DNA of 49,143 nucleotides, taken from Chiloscyllium plagiosum. Taxonomy: Eukaryota. The position numbers and the translations under genes were made by a program. How positions within the stretch are numbered: position 1 is the stretch's first letter; every line of letters begins with the position of its first letter. Location: assembly GCF_004010195.1 (NCBI RefSeq), contig NC_057719.1:75221466-75270608 (forward strand), read 5' to 3'. The notes beneath the pieces are model-generated. The model had not been told where the DNA came from, did no database searches, and worked only from the letters and a program-made list of their open reading frames with translations. Positions 48,672-49,143 of the stretch are shown one piece after another.

Positions 48672-49143
48672 GATTCTGGATCAGTGGTGCTGGAAGAGCA
48701 CAGCAATTCAGGCAGCATCCGAGGACGACCTAACCATCAAGCCAGCGGATAAAGGGGGCGCAGTGGTAGTCTGGCGCACTGACCTCTACATCGCTGAAGC
48801 CAAACGCCAACTCGAGAACACCTCTTCCTACCGCCCCCTTGACCATGACCCCACCCCCCATCACCAAACCATCATCTCCCAGACCATACAGAACCTCATC
48901 ACCCCAGGAGATCTCCCACCCACAGCTTCCAACCTCATAGTCCAGGAACCCCGCACTGCCGGTTCTACCTGCTTCCCAAGAACCACAAGCCTGACCACCC
49001 TGGCCGACCCATTGTCTCAGCATGCTCCTGCCCCACTGAACTCAAATCTACCTACCTCGACACTGTCCTATCCCCCCTAGTCCAGGAACCCCCCACATAC
49101 GTTCGAGACACCACCCACGCCCTCCACCTCCTCCAAAACTTCC
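48672..49143 (+). mobile_element. 5'-truncated young PLE (Neptune-like) RT ORF preceded by an inverted pLTR stub; runs off the window
   Basis: DLTIKPADKGGAVVVWRTDLYIAEAKRQL..DPT (PLE DKG motif), a 1-nt frameshift near 48960, then [27 protein letters not shown]. The stub gtggtgctggaagagcacagcaattcaggcagcatcc (48684-48720) is the antisense pLTR end. Confidence 0.9.

Overview
This is repeat-dense vertebrate non-coding DNA, almost certainly from a shark or other cartilaginous fish. That assignment is inferred from HE1-type V-SINEs, HER1/CR1-type LINEs and SacSINE1/DeuSINE-like elements. I cannot support any host protein-coding exon: nearly every ORF in the track is a transposon remnant or a repeat artefact. 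The window holds many CR1 3' fragments, a second CR1/L2-group LINE family, one Rex1/Babar fragment, SINEs, a decayed Ty3/Gypsy element with nested insertions, a decayed PIF/Harbinger transposase, two MITE-like elements and a 33-bp minisatellite of about 55 copies. The most striking signal is a set of Penelope-like element (PLE, probably Neptune clade) ends carrying about 10 minimal hammerhead-ribozyme motifs (CUGAnGA-A-stem II-GAAA-palindromic NN-UH). Their stem-II sequences differ between families but keep pairing. Four of these ends form ~200-bp non-coding palindromic mini-elements that share one architecture: inverted arms folded at the ribozyme, a 32-38 nt unpaired extension and an 11-16 bp target-site duplication. 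Two local inverted duplications of about 90 bp were also found, and one looks like a templated insertion into a LINE tail. Boundaries of decayed repeats are approximate, and family names come from motif recognition rather than database search.
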